From NCBI GenBank assembly GCA_965235115.1, contig OZ249450.1, positions 16,740,001-16,804,000 on the forward strand: DNA of 64,000 nucleotides, written 5' to 3'. This DNA is from Laetmonice hystrix. Taxonomy: Eukaryota. Shown in pieces: positions 34,202 to 46,593 of this stretch; positions within the stretch are counted from its first letter, which is position 1; every line of letters begins with the position of its first letter. The notes under the pieces were generated by a model. That model saw only the letters and a program-made list of their open reading frames with translations, searched no databases and had not been told where the DNA came from. Both the position numbers and the translations under genes were made by a program.

Positions 34202-34725
34202 ACCAGACTCTGAAATTGGAGTTGTGCTATCGTGTTCATGTGACGTTGAGGAAGGGTGATGTAGTCGGGCCGCTGGAACATGTCTGTGTCTCTGAGCGCC
34301 TTACAGAAATGTTCCACCTTGTCGTGGAAGTGCTGTTCGCTGTCGGTCTCTGTGTGAGAGTGACTCAGACTCTCAGTGAGAAGGGTGACCGTCTCGTAAA
34401 TCACCGCTTTGTGTTGGTCCGACCTGATTCCCTCTAACTCCAGATCAATCCGCGCCGATAGCACACCAGATGTCGCTGTGATCATTATGATACAAAAATT
34501 GTTACTGAGGATTGTCCAGCCAAGATGGGCGAAATAGAAAAACAATATGAAGGCCGCCAGAGCTCCTCCTATCAAAAAACCGCCAAATACGGTAACCATG
34601 ACAACGACTTGACGTAGTCTGGGCGTGCGCAGTCCGACCCCTTCCTGCACGAACTCAATGCGCGTGCGCTCTCGTCGGAGAGCTTTGAAGCCTTGCCAGG
34701 CCGCAGCTATCCGTGTCACTATTAA
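34198..34725 (-). CDS. Four-TM membrane protein paralog B, last exon
   Basis: ttctcttccag|LIVTRIAAAW...WTILSNNFCII...DQHKAVIYETV...RDTDMFQRPDYITLP...QSLV*. Acceptor at the same residue as in paralog A. Confidence 0.85.
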   Translation of the reverse strand, partial: LIVTRIAAAWQGFKALRRERTRIEFVQEGVGLRTPRLRQVVVMVTVFGGFLIGGALAAFILFFYFAHLGWTILSNNFCIIMITATSGVLSARIDLELEGIRSDQHKAVIYETVTLLTESLSHSHTETDSEQHFHDKVEHFCKALRDTDMFQRPDYITLPQRHMNTIAQLQFQSLV

Positions 34726-34983
34726 CTGGAAGAGAACCGATTCTTTAGGACAGTGTACGTGTCGCACGTCGGGTTTGGATAAACCGTAAACAAGGTCTGT
34801 GGACAGAGAGAGGGAGGGACGGACAGACAGACAGACAGACAGAGTCAGAGAGAGTTACAGCGTTTCCATTATGATAGAGACGGACTTTTGTGTCCCAAGA
34901 AGTTGTAACTTTTACAAGGACACTTAGGACCTACAGATGACCTATACCTACGTGACCTATACCTACAGATGACCTATACCTAC

Positions 34984-35142
34984 GTGCACGGCGACGTATG
35001 TTTCTATAATAGATGCGGTAAGGTGGAGGTCTTCATCAACACGGCGCAGATCGAGACTCTCCTTGACTGTCATTACAATCACTGCCGATAGGTGGAGTGT
35101 CAGCATGAGAGGTTCACTCGTCAACACGGCCGGAATGAAGCG
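34984..35142 (-). CDS. Four-TM membrane protein paralog B, middle exon
   Basis: atttgcag|RFIPAVLTSEPLMLTLHL...LHLTASIIETYVAVH|GTAGGT. 159 bp, phase 0-0. Confidence 0.85.
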
Positions 35143-35427
35143 CTGCAAATATACACAACGCATTCTGGTATTTTTTTTTGGGGGGGGGGGGGCGGCTTAA
35201 CCGGCTTGAGCGCCCCCCCCCCCCCCCCAAGCAAGATTTGCTGGATACGTCCCTGACTCTATAGTGAAGAGTTTGTTTTTCAAAGTCCAGACGCACAATT
35301 CGGTAGAGATAAATTTGAATAATGAAAGATTAAATTATACATTTCCCTCCAGAAACAACAGAATGAACATCTTTTGAGCATTGATGACGTCACAACCATT
35401 TGGTGACGTAAGCCGTGCCGCACGCAC

Positions 35428-35610
35428 CTTGAGTGACTCGCGGTTTTCGGGTAGCTTGCAGGGACAGCATTCTTCTTCAAGGACGTGACCTGCCAAATGG
35501 TGGCGCTGCTTGGTACGATCTATGCGACACCTTGTGACGTATTTGTTTCCTCGACCAGCGTCTTGGCCGAGAACAATACAGCCGTCCTCTGGGTTTAACA
35601 TAGACGAGCT
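35428..35610 (-). CDS. Four-TM membrane protein paralog B, N-terminal-region exon
   Basis: ttgtttgcag|SSSMLNPEDGCIVLGQDAGRGNKYVTRCRID...CCPC...LK|GTGCGT. 183 bp, phase 0-0. The true start could instead be ATG 35667. Confidence 0.8.
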
Positions 35611-36552
35611 CTGCAAACAAGTAATAACATCAGAACATTCACTGTTACGCTCGTGCTGGGCTTGCATGTACTAAGGTTCTGCAGGCGAATTGCCCGATCA
35701 TGATGGCGTATCCCTATTTCAACATAAATAATTTGGCCGTTTGTACACTTGAATGCCGGCTTGTAGGATCTACTTTGTCAAGAGATACACAATCGTTTTT
35801 CTGTGTGCCTAAATATTTATGAAAGCGATCGCATGGACTTAGGCCTATGCATACAAACTTGCACGTTTTGCCTTTAGGCCTAGGTGGGCCTAGGCATTGA
35901 CCTATGACTGATAACGAATATGATCGCAAACACGGGCACTCAACTGTAACAAGGCAATACAACGCTATTTATGTAGTCCTGTAGGCCTATGTCAATATTA
36001 TGCTATGTCTACTTGGCTAGAAGAGTGATTTATCGTGGTGTATTATAATATTGTGTCCACCAAAAGGTTCGCATACCGCGGCCCCTCCCTCCGATAGTTC
36101 CGTACGTTGCCGCTCGAGGGCCAGGCCGCCATGGTTGGTCAGCTCCATCCTGGATCACGTGACTCGCTGGAGACGTTTTATCCTGTGTGGACTGCTGAAA
36201 ACAACATGGATAACGTAGGTACGTGTGACCACGTCAGAGAACGAACCTTCATGGAATGGTGGTTTATTATCGAAATGATGGTCAGAGGAGGTGGTTAACC
36301 CCGCCCCCTATAGGCATAAGGCCTATCAAATAAGAGCGCAGGATTCTGGCACTCGTGCTTTGGCTCCGTACATATTTCAGCATTACTTGGCAAACTTAGG
36401 ATCTTAGGAATAGGTCCTATCATGTAACCGGATCATCCTTTAATTAACAGATTAAGCAGATTAAGCAAAATCCAGACGCTAGAGCGTCATCTAAGTATGT
36501 GTGGTCACAAATCGTCCTGTAATACGTGACGTAACCATATTATATGGTAAGT

Positions 36553-36705
36553 NNNNNNNNNNNNNNNNNNNNNNNNNNNNNNNNNNNNNNNNNNNNNNNN
36601 NNNNNNNNNNNNNNNNNNNNNNNNNNNNNNNNNNNNNNNNNNNNNNNNNNNNNNNNNNNNNNNNNNNNNNNNNNNNNNNNNNNNNNNNNNNNNNNNNNNN
36701 NNNNN
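36553..36705. other. Assembly gap (153 N)
   Basis: Run of n characters. Confidence 1.
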
Positions 36706-37814
36706 CAACCAGGTTTTATGCGGCCTACATGTATCCGTTCCTACATTAACTGACGGGCTGTCCCCGTCCACTCCGAGTGTAGGGTAGAGGCCCAGAGTGA
36801 ATGTGGAGGAGTTGGAGCGTGCTAATTGACCTGGATCCATGCCGGGTCCTGACTCTGCTCGGGTTCCGTGAGACCAGGGAGACTGACAGAGGTGCAGAGA
36901 CTAGGATTGTCTCGCCAAACTCTCGTGTGTCTCCGTTATCGAAGGCGATGACGTAACTCCTTACCTGGCTGGGATCCTTGAGGGGTTCCCTCCTCGTTAC
37001 GCCAAGCACGGTGTCCCTATACGGCCCAGGCTCTCTCTTGGTCGTAGCCCTGCGTCCGTTTCCTCTGCCTATAGCTGGCCTTGTTGTTACTCCTAGCGTA
37101 TCACCATGCGGTCAGAGTTCAGCTGTGGGACACCGCTTAGGGTCCACTCGACCGTAAAGTTATAGCGTGGCATATATCCATACTGCGCGTGCGTGTGCGC
37201 GTGCGTATTCCTTAAGTAGGCCCTTGAAAATACGGTTGGACTTATTGCCCTACAGTCCATCGCAGTCCGGACTTATAACTTTACCTCTACCGTCAGTGTC
37301 AGTCCGGACCTATTGCCCTATGTTTCTGTATACCTTCTGTCTGGACATATTTTCTGTATGAACACTGTCTATATTGTCTATATGACTGGACTATAATACC
37401 GTATTGTCCATATCAAATACGAAAGTTTTATATAATTATGGTGAAAAATCTATGCCTGCAAACCCGAGTACTACATTCAGATCAATCCCCGGCCGTCCAC
37501 TGAATATTGACACATGCATGCACATGGTTAAAACAAATATATAAAAAGTTTTCTGTGGGAGGGACGAAACCAACCCACCGGTGTGACGCCCTCGTGAATA
37601 CCAGTCACTGCGCCTACCACCCTCCTCCCCTCGTCTATATGCAGGCCGCATCGGTATAAACGTCCTATCATAATCATCTTAAATAATAAATAAACGTTTG
37701 AAAGGACTCGTTATGAAAGCCTGATTAGATCTCAATTCAAGATACTTCATCATTCTATCGAGTGATTTCATTCTAGGTTCAGGTCAACACCGCTTCTAGT
37801 TTCCTTGGTACAGA

Positions 37815-38283
37815 GTAGAGTGATTTTATCCTAGGTTCAGCGCACTCTAGAGTGATTTTATCCAAGTTTCAACGCACTCTAGAGTGATTTTATCCTAGGT
37901 TCAGAGCACTCTAGAGTGATTTTGTCTCAGGTCAACACCCTTTCTAGTTTCCTTGGTACAGAGTAGAGTGGTTTTATCCTAGGTTGGAGTGATTTTATCC
38001 TAGGTTCAGAGAACTCTAGAGTGATTTTATCCTAGGTTCAGAACACTCTAGAGTGATTTTATCCTAGGTTCAGAACACTCTCGAGTGATTTTATCCTAGG
38101 TTCAGAGCACTCTAGAGTGATTTTATCCTAGGTTCAGAGCACTCTAGAGTGATTTTATCCTAGGTTCAGGGCACTCTAGAGTGATTTTATCCTAGGTTCA
38201 GAGCACTCTAGAGTGATTTTATCCTAGGTTCAGAGCACTCTAGAGTGATTTTATCTTAGGTTCAGAGCACTCTAGAATGATTT
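37815..38283. repeat. Minisatellite, 32 bp x about 13
   Basis: Unit ACTCTAGAGTGATTTTATCCTAGGTTCAGAGC. Confidence 0.95.
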
Positions 38284-38619
38284 TGTCCCAGGGCATCAAG
38301 CCTTCTAGTTTCCTAGGTTCAATTCATTCATTCAGTCAATTTAATTAAGCCCACATTTTGTAGAGGTTATTACCAACCTGCATGGGTGACATTTGCAGTT
38401 CCCAGGTGCGATCCTAATAATGTCTCATCAGTGAAACTTGAGAACACTCCGCTTGACCCCAGGGGTGTGTGTGAGGCCTTATGTATAGTTGTCACCATGC
38501 AGTTCAAGCCCGTGCAATCTTATCTGACCGGGATAAGATCTAAAGCTATCTTATTGATGTTTCTTATCAAAGATAAGGAAATATTTGGCGAGGCACACTT
38601 GCATCTATTTACTCACGGG

Positions 38620-38716
38620 GAGGGGAGAGAGAGAGAGAGATGGGGGAGAGAGAGAAGAGAGAGAGGGGGAGGGAGGGAGGGAGAGAGAGGGGGAGGGAGA
38701 GAGAGAGAAGAGAGAA
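38620..38716. repeat. GA-rich polypurine microsatellite
   Basis: Near-pure G/A tract. A similar (GA)n run lies at about 15078-15126. Confidence 0.9.
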
Positions 38717-39903
38717 TAGTGTTATAGACGCGGTACACTGTATAGAGCCATCATCCTGCCTCCCCGCGGATGTATACTAGTCCCAGTCTCCTCCGTATAG
38801 GGCAGATGTAGATAAACAAAGACGGCGGAGATGCGTTAGGTACGACCAGTGGCAGTCACTTATAGAGGACAAAGGAAATGGTGTTAAGTGTAAGTGAAAT
38901 TGAAGATGAAGATCAACTCATGCAAACAACGCTGCTGATCCTAATTGGGGGGAATATCAGGGCAACAGGACAAGACTAAGGGGAGACGAAACAGTATGTG
39001 AAAATAAAACTTAAAAGTCCAGTATAAAATATTATTGTGACCGTAGTCGCAAATCGCATTTGCGAATTTTATTTTCGACTGATATAAAATCCCTGTCCGT
39101 TTTTCTTGGTGCCTGATATTTTGCACAATATACTGTCGGCCAAGCCTTTCCGTCCCTGCCCTCACCTTGGCAGTAGTCCCCGACTTGTGTATGATCGATA
39201 GTGCAATAAAAGCATGGAAGTGTCAAAATGTGCTCAGAGCCTACAGAAACATCACGGGTACGCTATATATGCATAGTTGAAAGCTATTTCCAGCTTGGCA
39301 TGCCTCGGACTAACATCTCAAAATAAATATGCTCACAATCAGCACAACTTATCTCTTAATATCAATTTGTGAATTACCATATCACAGTGATATCTACACA
39401 TTATGTCTATCGACACACAGGCAATTCTGTTCCTGGCAAATCGGAAGTGACATGCAAAATATTTGGAATAAAAGAAATGTCTGGAAAGTCATTATCAAAA
39501 TAAGCATGCTATCTTATTGTCACCCAGTGAAAGAACACTGTATAATAATATCCTGGCTATAGTTGAGTACAGTGTTGCCGTCCGTGGACGTGGGCAGTGG
39601 CACTGATTTGTGAATAATAACTGTAGTGTAGTCAATTTATAGTGGGCCCATAGCTGTTCAGAAGCTGGGTGGGCACGTTTCACAATTCTGGGTCCTTGGA
39701 AATCGCATGAAAATCAGAAATAAAACATAAATGTATCATAAATATTGGCCGACATTATGCCGAAGATGATTATGCGGATCAATAATTTACAAATATCTAG
39801 TTGGTCCTTTTTCATATTTTGGGGGAAGCACGGGCCCCAAGACCCCTGTCCACCCCCTGGCTACGGTTCTGTGTTGACAATGGCCGGAGGTGTGAAGTAT
39901 GCT

Positions 39904-40143
39904 TCATTTGGTCCCTGGAGATTGGTCGAGAACCACTCGCTGGTCCTCTCGGATATTTTCCATTTTCTTGCCATGCTGTTTCTCAAGCTCGGCGAGCGGA
40001 CTGTCGTACTTGGTCATGTCGGACGCGATCCACTCATCCGTGTCCGCCGCCTCCGTCACAGCGTCTGACGTCATCTTTCCCATTCCGGTTCCGGGGTCAC
40101 TGACCACCTTTTTCAAAGTGGACGGTGAGGTGGATGCTTTGGG
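39904..40143 (-). CDS. Small uncharacterised protein (125 aa), last exon
   Basis: ttggtttttag|PKASTSP...WIASDMTKYDSPLAELEKQH...PGTK*, phase 0. Confidence 0.65.
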   Translation of the reverse strand, partial: PKASTSPSTLKKVVSDPGTGMGKMTSDAVTEAADTDEWIASDMTKYDSPLAELEKQHGKKMENIREDQRVVLDQSPGTK

Positions 40144-40473
40144 CTAAAAACCAACAACGAGCATAATATACATGGGGGTATTCACTCAGTACATGAGAAT
40201 AGGTAGAGTCTTTAAATCAGCTCGCCACAGTTCCCCTCACACCTTCCTCTTTAAGTCGGGTCGAACAAAAAAACCCTGAGATGGCCTCAAGGGTGATCTC
40301 CATCGTCCAATCTCCATGAACTCTGGTGGCAAGAACTAAAATCGACCACTCTTCCTACACCCAACCCTAACCCTATAACTCTGACCTCTGACCCGCCCCC
40401 CCCCCCCATCAAATAACCCCTATCCTTAGCCGTACCTCTAACCCTACGATTTACCCCAATTTCACGGCCTCAC

Positions 40474-40562
40474 CTTGGGACTGTAGGAGTTTAATGCTGA
40501 GTTGAGAGGGTTCTGGTAAAGGGTCAGATCCGCGGCGATGAGGAAATCCATCTCTTCGGAGT
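40474..40562 (-). CDS. Small uncharacterised protein, exon 2
   Basis: ccttatctttcag|(D)SEEMDFLIAADLTLYQNPLNSALNSYSPK|GTGAGG. 89 bp, phase 1-0. Confidence 0.7.
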
Positions 40563-40737
40563 CTGAAAGATAAGGATAAAAAACAACGGATTCTGAGATT
40601 AAACTTGGACCACATTTTCTTTTTTTCTTGATCCCCCCTCCCCCCGAACGTGCAGTTTCCTTTTGACCATAAATGTGAATAGCATGGCTATTGTCAAAGA
40701 TGTCACCCGTGTTTGCAATCTGGCGCACTCGGCTCAC

Positions 40738-40786
40738 CGTCGACTAACTTCGTCATGTCTCGGCTGTATACGACGGAGGTCGCCAT
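40738..40786 (-). CDS. Small uncharacterised protein, exon 1
   Basis: aacATGG context. MATSVVYSRDMTKLVD G|GTGAGC, phase 1. The three exons sum to 378 nt. Confidence 0.65.
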
Positions 40787-43075
40787 GTTGGGGGGTAGGG
40801 TGGGTGGCTAGATCGGGATCAGTGGCCCGGATGTAGAGACATTAGAGAAGGATAGGTATGTTGAGAAATTATTAGAGTTGACCTATGTGCCTGGGCGTAA
40901 GGGGAAATTCGACTACAAATGTATACCGCTGCTATATTCATGCGCGATACCGCTTCACAAGGTTTCCCGCAAATCCTGGGAAAATGGCCGCTTCATAGGC
41001 TACATCCGAGGCCTGGTTCGCCTCGGGATATATCTTAGAAACAGCCAATCAGAAGCAGCATCGGTGTTCCGAGTGATGGCTGGTCCTGACAAAGTAGGTC
41101 AAAAGTAGTCCTAGCAACTCCCACAATGCCTGCATGTTGGCGATATGTGCCCCAGTCACATGAGCGGGCTTAGCATGCTCGCAATCCGCCCTATACTATA
41201 TCATCTATATATTATTGATAGACGATGACAGAGCACCTAAAACCTTGTAACCCACCCATGAATTGATCTATATTTCCTTTATGAATCTGCAGCTGGGTTC
41301 ATCAGGTTTCATCTGGGTTATTGATATGTCACAAAAGGCCTGCTATAGCCGAGGGCGTTTCTAATACACGCTGAGTGATGGGCGGTGGCCCCTCACCTCT
41401 CGCTGGGTGGATGCGACCACACCCACCTGTGCGGACACAGCCGAGGTGTCAAGGTTCCACCAAAGGCCAAAGGATCTTGTTAGACGCCGACGCTGACCTT
41501 GGCCGGTATTCGGGCCGCTGTCGTGCAGGAATAGGTCACTATTTCCAGGTAACAGCCGTAGGGATTGAAACACCTGGCTGGGGTTGAAGATTTACAGATA
41601 GGTTGTTTTATCTACAGTATCTGTAGACTTAAATAAGTCATTCAGCTGTGGGTTTGTGGGTGACGGCACTGAAGTATTTTGTGGAGTACCCACCTATGGA
41701 TCTATTTGCCTCACCAGAATCATGTCATAAATCATGAGTAATGTTTTGACTCTTGACAACACACATGGCAGATTCACATATTACCGAAAAAATGGGTATG
41801 CAGTTTTTACTGCCGTGGTTCATGTGGAGCGATAACGTTTAATTACTTGAAGATTTTGGAGGCTTTGAACCCACCCATCACATCCCAATCGAGCTCAGGC
41901 TACAACTATAATGTATCTGATGCTGCACCTATTGACATGATGACGATCGTTGGCCTACTTTTTAATCCATGATATCTTCCACTTCCGAGGTGGCGCCCTT
42001 GGCATTGGCTGTGGATCAATGCCATGGTAACCAAATCAAGGAACGCAGCGGAGACGCAGGTGAAAGATCAGACAGGCTGAGCTCGCGTGTCGAGTGTAGG
42101 TCTGGTCGAGTTGGAACCATTGCGTGGAATCGAAACCAAATTTGTACCAAAAATGATTCCAGGGCCCAAATGCAGTTAAACGTTGACTATAAGCCTAGTA
42201 TGCTGCTAACCCTCTTGTAACTGAAGAGATTGGCGATTGCTTACCATAGTAGTCCCGAAAAATCCCCTTTAAAAGTGAACCAATTTTTGAATCAAGTACA
42301 AAGTATCAGAAAGTGTCCATAAAATTAAAAAGTAAGCAAGTTTTTTAATGAATGATCAGAATCACTTGTATTTCGAAAAAGAGACCAGAAATATCTAAGT
42401 AGCACTCCTTGCCCTTTTGATCCGTGTTTTATACCTTTGTTGTAATCAGTGCTTTGTTCCAAGTTTCCTATTGTTGTAAACACCATTATACATAGATATA
42501 TGTCGAGGGTTTATAGAGGCGGGTCGGGGGTGTCAATCAAAGCCTTGCTGTGCTATCTGCACCATTTGATCTATTCCAGCCGTTTTTCATTGGTCTAACG
42601 TCACCAAGGGTGCGGTAACTGAAGTCGACACTATAGTATACAATGTATATTTTGTTTGTAGATTCAAAGCGTTTAGAGATACGAATCACACGTCTGTCGT
42701 GTGCTCTTTGATGACGTCTCTATCATTGTGTGTTTAATATATATATCCAATTCATGGTGTTGATGTTCACCGCCGGTAGGCTTCACTGTTCCTATCCTCA
42801 TAACACACAGCGCACCATTCTGTGTGTGCTCTGGTACACCAGGAACTTTAGTGGTTGAGACACCTACCACTTTATACCTGTAAATCAGGTGTATACGTGC
42901 CTGATGCACCAGCGAGACAAAGCCAGTCGCTCACCCAACTGCTATAAACACTATCGTACCGAATTGCGAAAGAAAGTTCGATAAGTTCAGCGTATTAGGA
43001 CCTTATCAAAAGTCAACCAAGGTTAATCATCAAAATAATGTATAACATAAGATTCGCTAAACCTTTGATGTCATG

Positions 43076-43160
43076 GGGGAGGGGGTACCTGCTACCCTCC
43101 ACCCTGGAGGGGGTACCTGCTACCCTCCCCCCTGGAGGGGGTACCTGCTACCCTCCCCCT
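43076..43160. repeat. 28-bp tandem repeat x3
   Basis: GGAGGGGGTACCTGCTACCCTCCCCCCT, with GTACCTGC at 43085, 43113 and 43141. Confidence 0.9.
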
Positions 43161-43719
43161 GCTCATATTGACAATAGCTGATTTGAGAACAACATTTTGC
43201 TTTGATATGGATTTTTTCTGGATGTTTAATGATCTATCTCTGGTTACACATAGGTGAACTACGAAAGTTTCCCGCCCTAATGTCAGTACAAAACAATATC
43301 AGGAGTTTCCATTTCTTGTAGATCTTTGTCATATCATTCTACCTACTTGCTCGTCTTTTCCACAGGGTTCTCGAGGTCAGTTCAGACCAGGAAAGGGGGA
43401 TGTCCTTTAGATGTCCAAGTTCCCGACCAAACTGACCTTACATGTAAGCTACAGATCAGATAAAATAGAATCAAAGTATGCACCTTGTAAGACCCGGCTG
43501 GCTTGCATGGGACTAAGTCAAAGAGTGTAATATAACACTCTTTGACTAAGTTGTGTTAGCATGAACATGTGCGTGTGGGAAGCTGCTTCAAAATAAATGA
43601 TGGCACCATCATTCTATAGACTCTGTGGTCGCACAAAGGATTATAGAGAGTCCTTGGTCGCACAGACGACCGCCGCCGGATCTTCCTGGCCGGCCTTCCC
43701 CGCTGTGTGCCCTGAGTGT

Positions 43720-43733
43720 CCACCAGAGGGGGC
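43720..43733 (+). promoter_or_regulatory. Candidate CTCF binding site
   Basis: CCACCAGAGGGGGC, near consensus. Motif match only. Confidence 0.45.
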
Positions 43734-44524
43734 TGGCTGGTGCACACAATGGCTCCTGTCGGGGAATGGTCGTGACGTCATAAAAATGAGCGATAACAGA
43801 TGCCCTAACCCTTACCTAACACCCATTATCGCTCATTTAGTGACGTCACGGCCATTCCCCGTCTTGTATTCACACAATGATATGATGCACTATTGTATAA
43901 GTAGACCCTAATATGACGTCATATACTGACCCCCACACACGCGCATTGTCTACCTGATGTATTCTAAGGGATTTGCTCGATTCGTCACAAATACAACCCT
44001 GAACCGTTGATTAAAGTGTGCTTCAGATTCAGCACTCGTGTACATGGCCTTGTAGAGCGAGCTGTCATCTTCATGATTACCCTTGCCAATTATTGATCTC
44101 AAAGATGGGGTTGACCTGGAGGCCTACCCTTTCATCTCCAATCTCCTTGTCGGTCAGCAGGTCTAGGTCCTGTGAAAATGTAGACCTACGCGTGCACGTC
44201 ATAAATGCAAAACGATGTGTATAGATCTAGCCAAAGATGTCTAACCTACTGGCGTTTCTATAAACCGTTTGTAGGGCCAGAGACGGATGCATGGTCAGGC
44301 TAGATGGTGGTGGTGGGGCGGGGGAGGGGGTCGGCTCTTTGCTGCGCTGTTGATGCAATGCATTAGGGGGTGTTAGGGCCATTCCAGAAGATTTAAATTT
44401 TTGCAAGGCCTGCTGTGGAGGAGGCGGGGTTAATTAATCCCTCAAAGCGCTAAGCCCACCAACTTGGACCGCCGTGAAGTTTATGCCTCAAGAACAGCCA
44501 GTGTTATTTTATAGCGCGAAGGCC

Positions 44525-44610
44525 CATTTGACTGGTGGAAGAACCGGAGTACCCGAGAACACCACCGACATGCAGGAAGTAACTGACTGTCTTTCTCACC
44601 CCGCTTTGTG
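44525..44610 (+). mobile_element. Remnant of a SINE-like interspersed repeat
   Basis: GGTGGAAGAACCGGAGTACCCGAGAACACCACCGACATGCAGGAAGTAACTGAC resembles the GGAAACCGGAGTACCCGGAGAAAACCACCGAC repeat common in marine invertebrate genomes (recalled, not searched). Confidence 0.4.
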
Positions 44611-45029
44611 GCTATTTGAAGTCTGCATAGAGTTAGGAGGTGCCCCCGGGCGAGGGCCAACCTTCCTGTCGTCCTTCCAGCAGTTCCGTACTAATGGCCC
44701 TGATAAATACCCGAGTTACCCAACTCCTCGTGGCACCATTGTCAACGTTTGACCGTTACGTACGGACATTCAGAATCCGACACGTTACTTGTGGCACGAC
44801 GCCGTCACGTGTAAGTATCGGGTGTTAAATTCTTGGCAAAGAGCAGATAGCCAGAACATGTGAAAAGAAGAAGTCAAGTTCAACAGCCCCCAAGTCAGGT
44901 TAGACATATGGAAAACAGAGATTTGGGCAACAGAGCTAGACTTGGAGCTGCGTTTTCAATTTATTGCGTTGAAACAAAGCAAAATGGGTGACAATATGCA
45001 TATATATCGGGTGGGGGGGGGGGGAGGGA

Positions 45030-45201
45030 ACTGGAACACTCTTTTCTTGACTATAACTTTAATAGTCCTAATTGACTATAATTTTATCCCATTGTCATAA
45101 TGTTTTGCACATTGCACAATGTTTAGACGTTTTGAACTATTTATCTTAAATTTGTACCAGGCCCCGAGTAACCAGATGATATAAGAAAAGAGTGTTCCAG
45201 T
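45030..45201. mobile_element. MITE-like element with 19-bp terminal inverted repeats
   Basis: ACTGGAACACTCTTTTCTT / AAGAAAAGAGTGTTCCAGT. Confidence 0.6.
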
Positions 45202-45698
45202 GGTTTTGTTTGGGCCCACGCGATATATCCGTGCTCGCTAGATCTGCTATATTTTATCGTTTTCTGATGCATGTAGCTCATTTTATACCACAAAAAGAAA
45301 AAGGAAAATGAATCACAAATCGATGTTATTCTATTGCGCTGTTTTCCAGTATACAGTAATTATTATTACAGTATTGCATGTAGGCCTATATATGCCATTT
45401 AAAAGCGGGGAGGGATAGTTAGGTCTCTATAAGCTATAGTAATAGGTTATAGGGGGGTTAAACCCCAGGGAGAATTTCCTTTGGTACTGAAGTATCCCCT
45501 GGAGAAATCATCTCTCTAATTACGGTTAGCCACAAGTTCCGTCCAACCAGCATAGGTCTGGCGCCGCAGACTGAAAGTCTTGTATAATCATTATTATAAT
45601 TAACTCAGTCAGATACTGAGAATGTTACAGATAGTACTTGGCTTCCATCGAGATTTACCAGTTGCTTTCTCATGTTCGTTAAACATTCCTCCACTCAC

Positions 45699-45711
45699 CT
45701 GTGGTCGCCAT
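45699..45711 (-). CDS. Candidate ATG micro-exon (MATT, phase 1), possibly an alternative first exon of the 125-aa gene
   Basis: caccATGGCGACCACAG|GTGAGT: strong Kozak and donor consensus, in a GC-rich promoter-like region. Confidence 0.4.
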
Positions 45712-46593
45712 GGTGTCCGTATCGATTCACCCACACCTGTCTCCTGTCACACGGGGTAGATGTCGCTCGCGCCACCTCACTTCCTTTCAGCTCTTCGCCT
45801 CAACTTTGCTTTCCAGAATAATAAATATGTCCTCCTTGTTGTCAGGATATAGATCTGTTCGTCTGACAAACACGTGGTGAAATACTCGATTTCTGTCGGA
45901 AGACTTAGTTTTAGACACTGTCGATGTGGAGTGTGACGTGAAGGGAATGATACGTTTCTCTGCCACCAATCGGGACGGCGTGGATCCCACAATAAAACTC
46001 GGGGATCCCGCCCACCGCTTCCCGCTCCTTATAAAGGATTCAGTCTCCGCCCACTGATGTCCGCAGCGCTATCCTGGCCCCCAGCGGTCGATTCTCGCAC
46101 TACACGGGAACTGACCAAAATTAGGGAACCGTTTTATAATGAATTCGCTTCTTTTCCGTTAAATATCCTCACTTTCCAAATTGATATGTGACAAGCTAGT
46201 TATTCCGAGATGTTTCACTAATTTCACAGGGGAAGCCTCAGTTCCTCACACCTGGAATCGAATCCCCTTTAGTTGGGGAGCTAGGAGGGTTTTAATCATA
46301 ATGTTGAGTACAAAAGGTTTGAGTGCTTAATTTTATTGGAATTAACCTACCAATGAGGGAACCGGGCATCTTACGTTGCACAGTCCCTGGGTTTGGTCCC
46401 TTAATGATTACAGAAATCATCTAATCAAACCAAATCCCAATGTCCTAATTGGACATCGATCATCTCTGCGAAGGGCTCACTTAGAGCCAACACCAGTGTG
46501 GTGTCTGATTTATTTCTGGACAAGTATTGCTACATAACACTTAAAACATAACACTTAATGATTAAATTAATCCCTAATTCGACTGTGAGCATC

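Noticed and set aside
13854-35610. Gustatory-receptor-like, TARP/claudin, tetraspanin or Orai identity for the paralog pair
   Set aside because: Only about 4 TM segments, no terminal TY...QF helix, no large first or second extracellular loop with signature cysteines, and no Orai TM1 motif.
36965-37009. Phase-0 donor CAG|GTAAGG as an upstream exon of paralog B
   Set aside because: No ATG in that frame nearby, no similarity upstream of paralog A, and it lies across an assembly gap.
43366-44169. Exon-like segments at about 43366-43443 (plus) and 44081-44169 (minus)
   Set aside because: Good splice signals, but the phases do not fit any gene model here and there is no recognisable homology.
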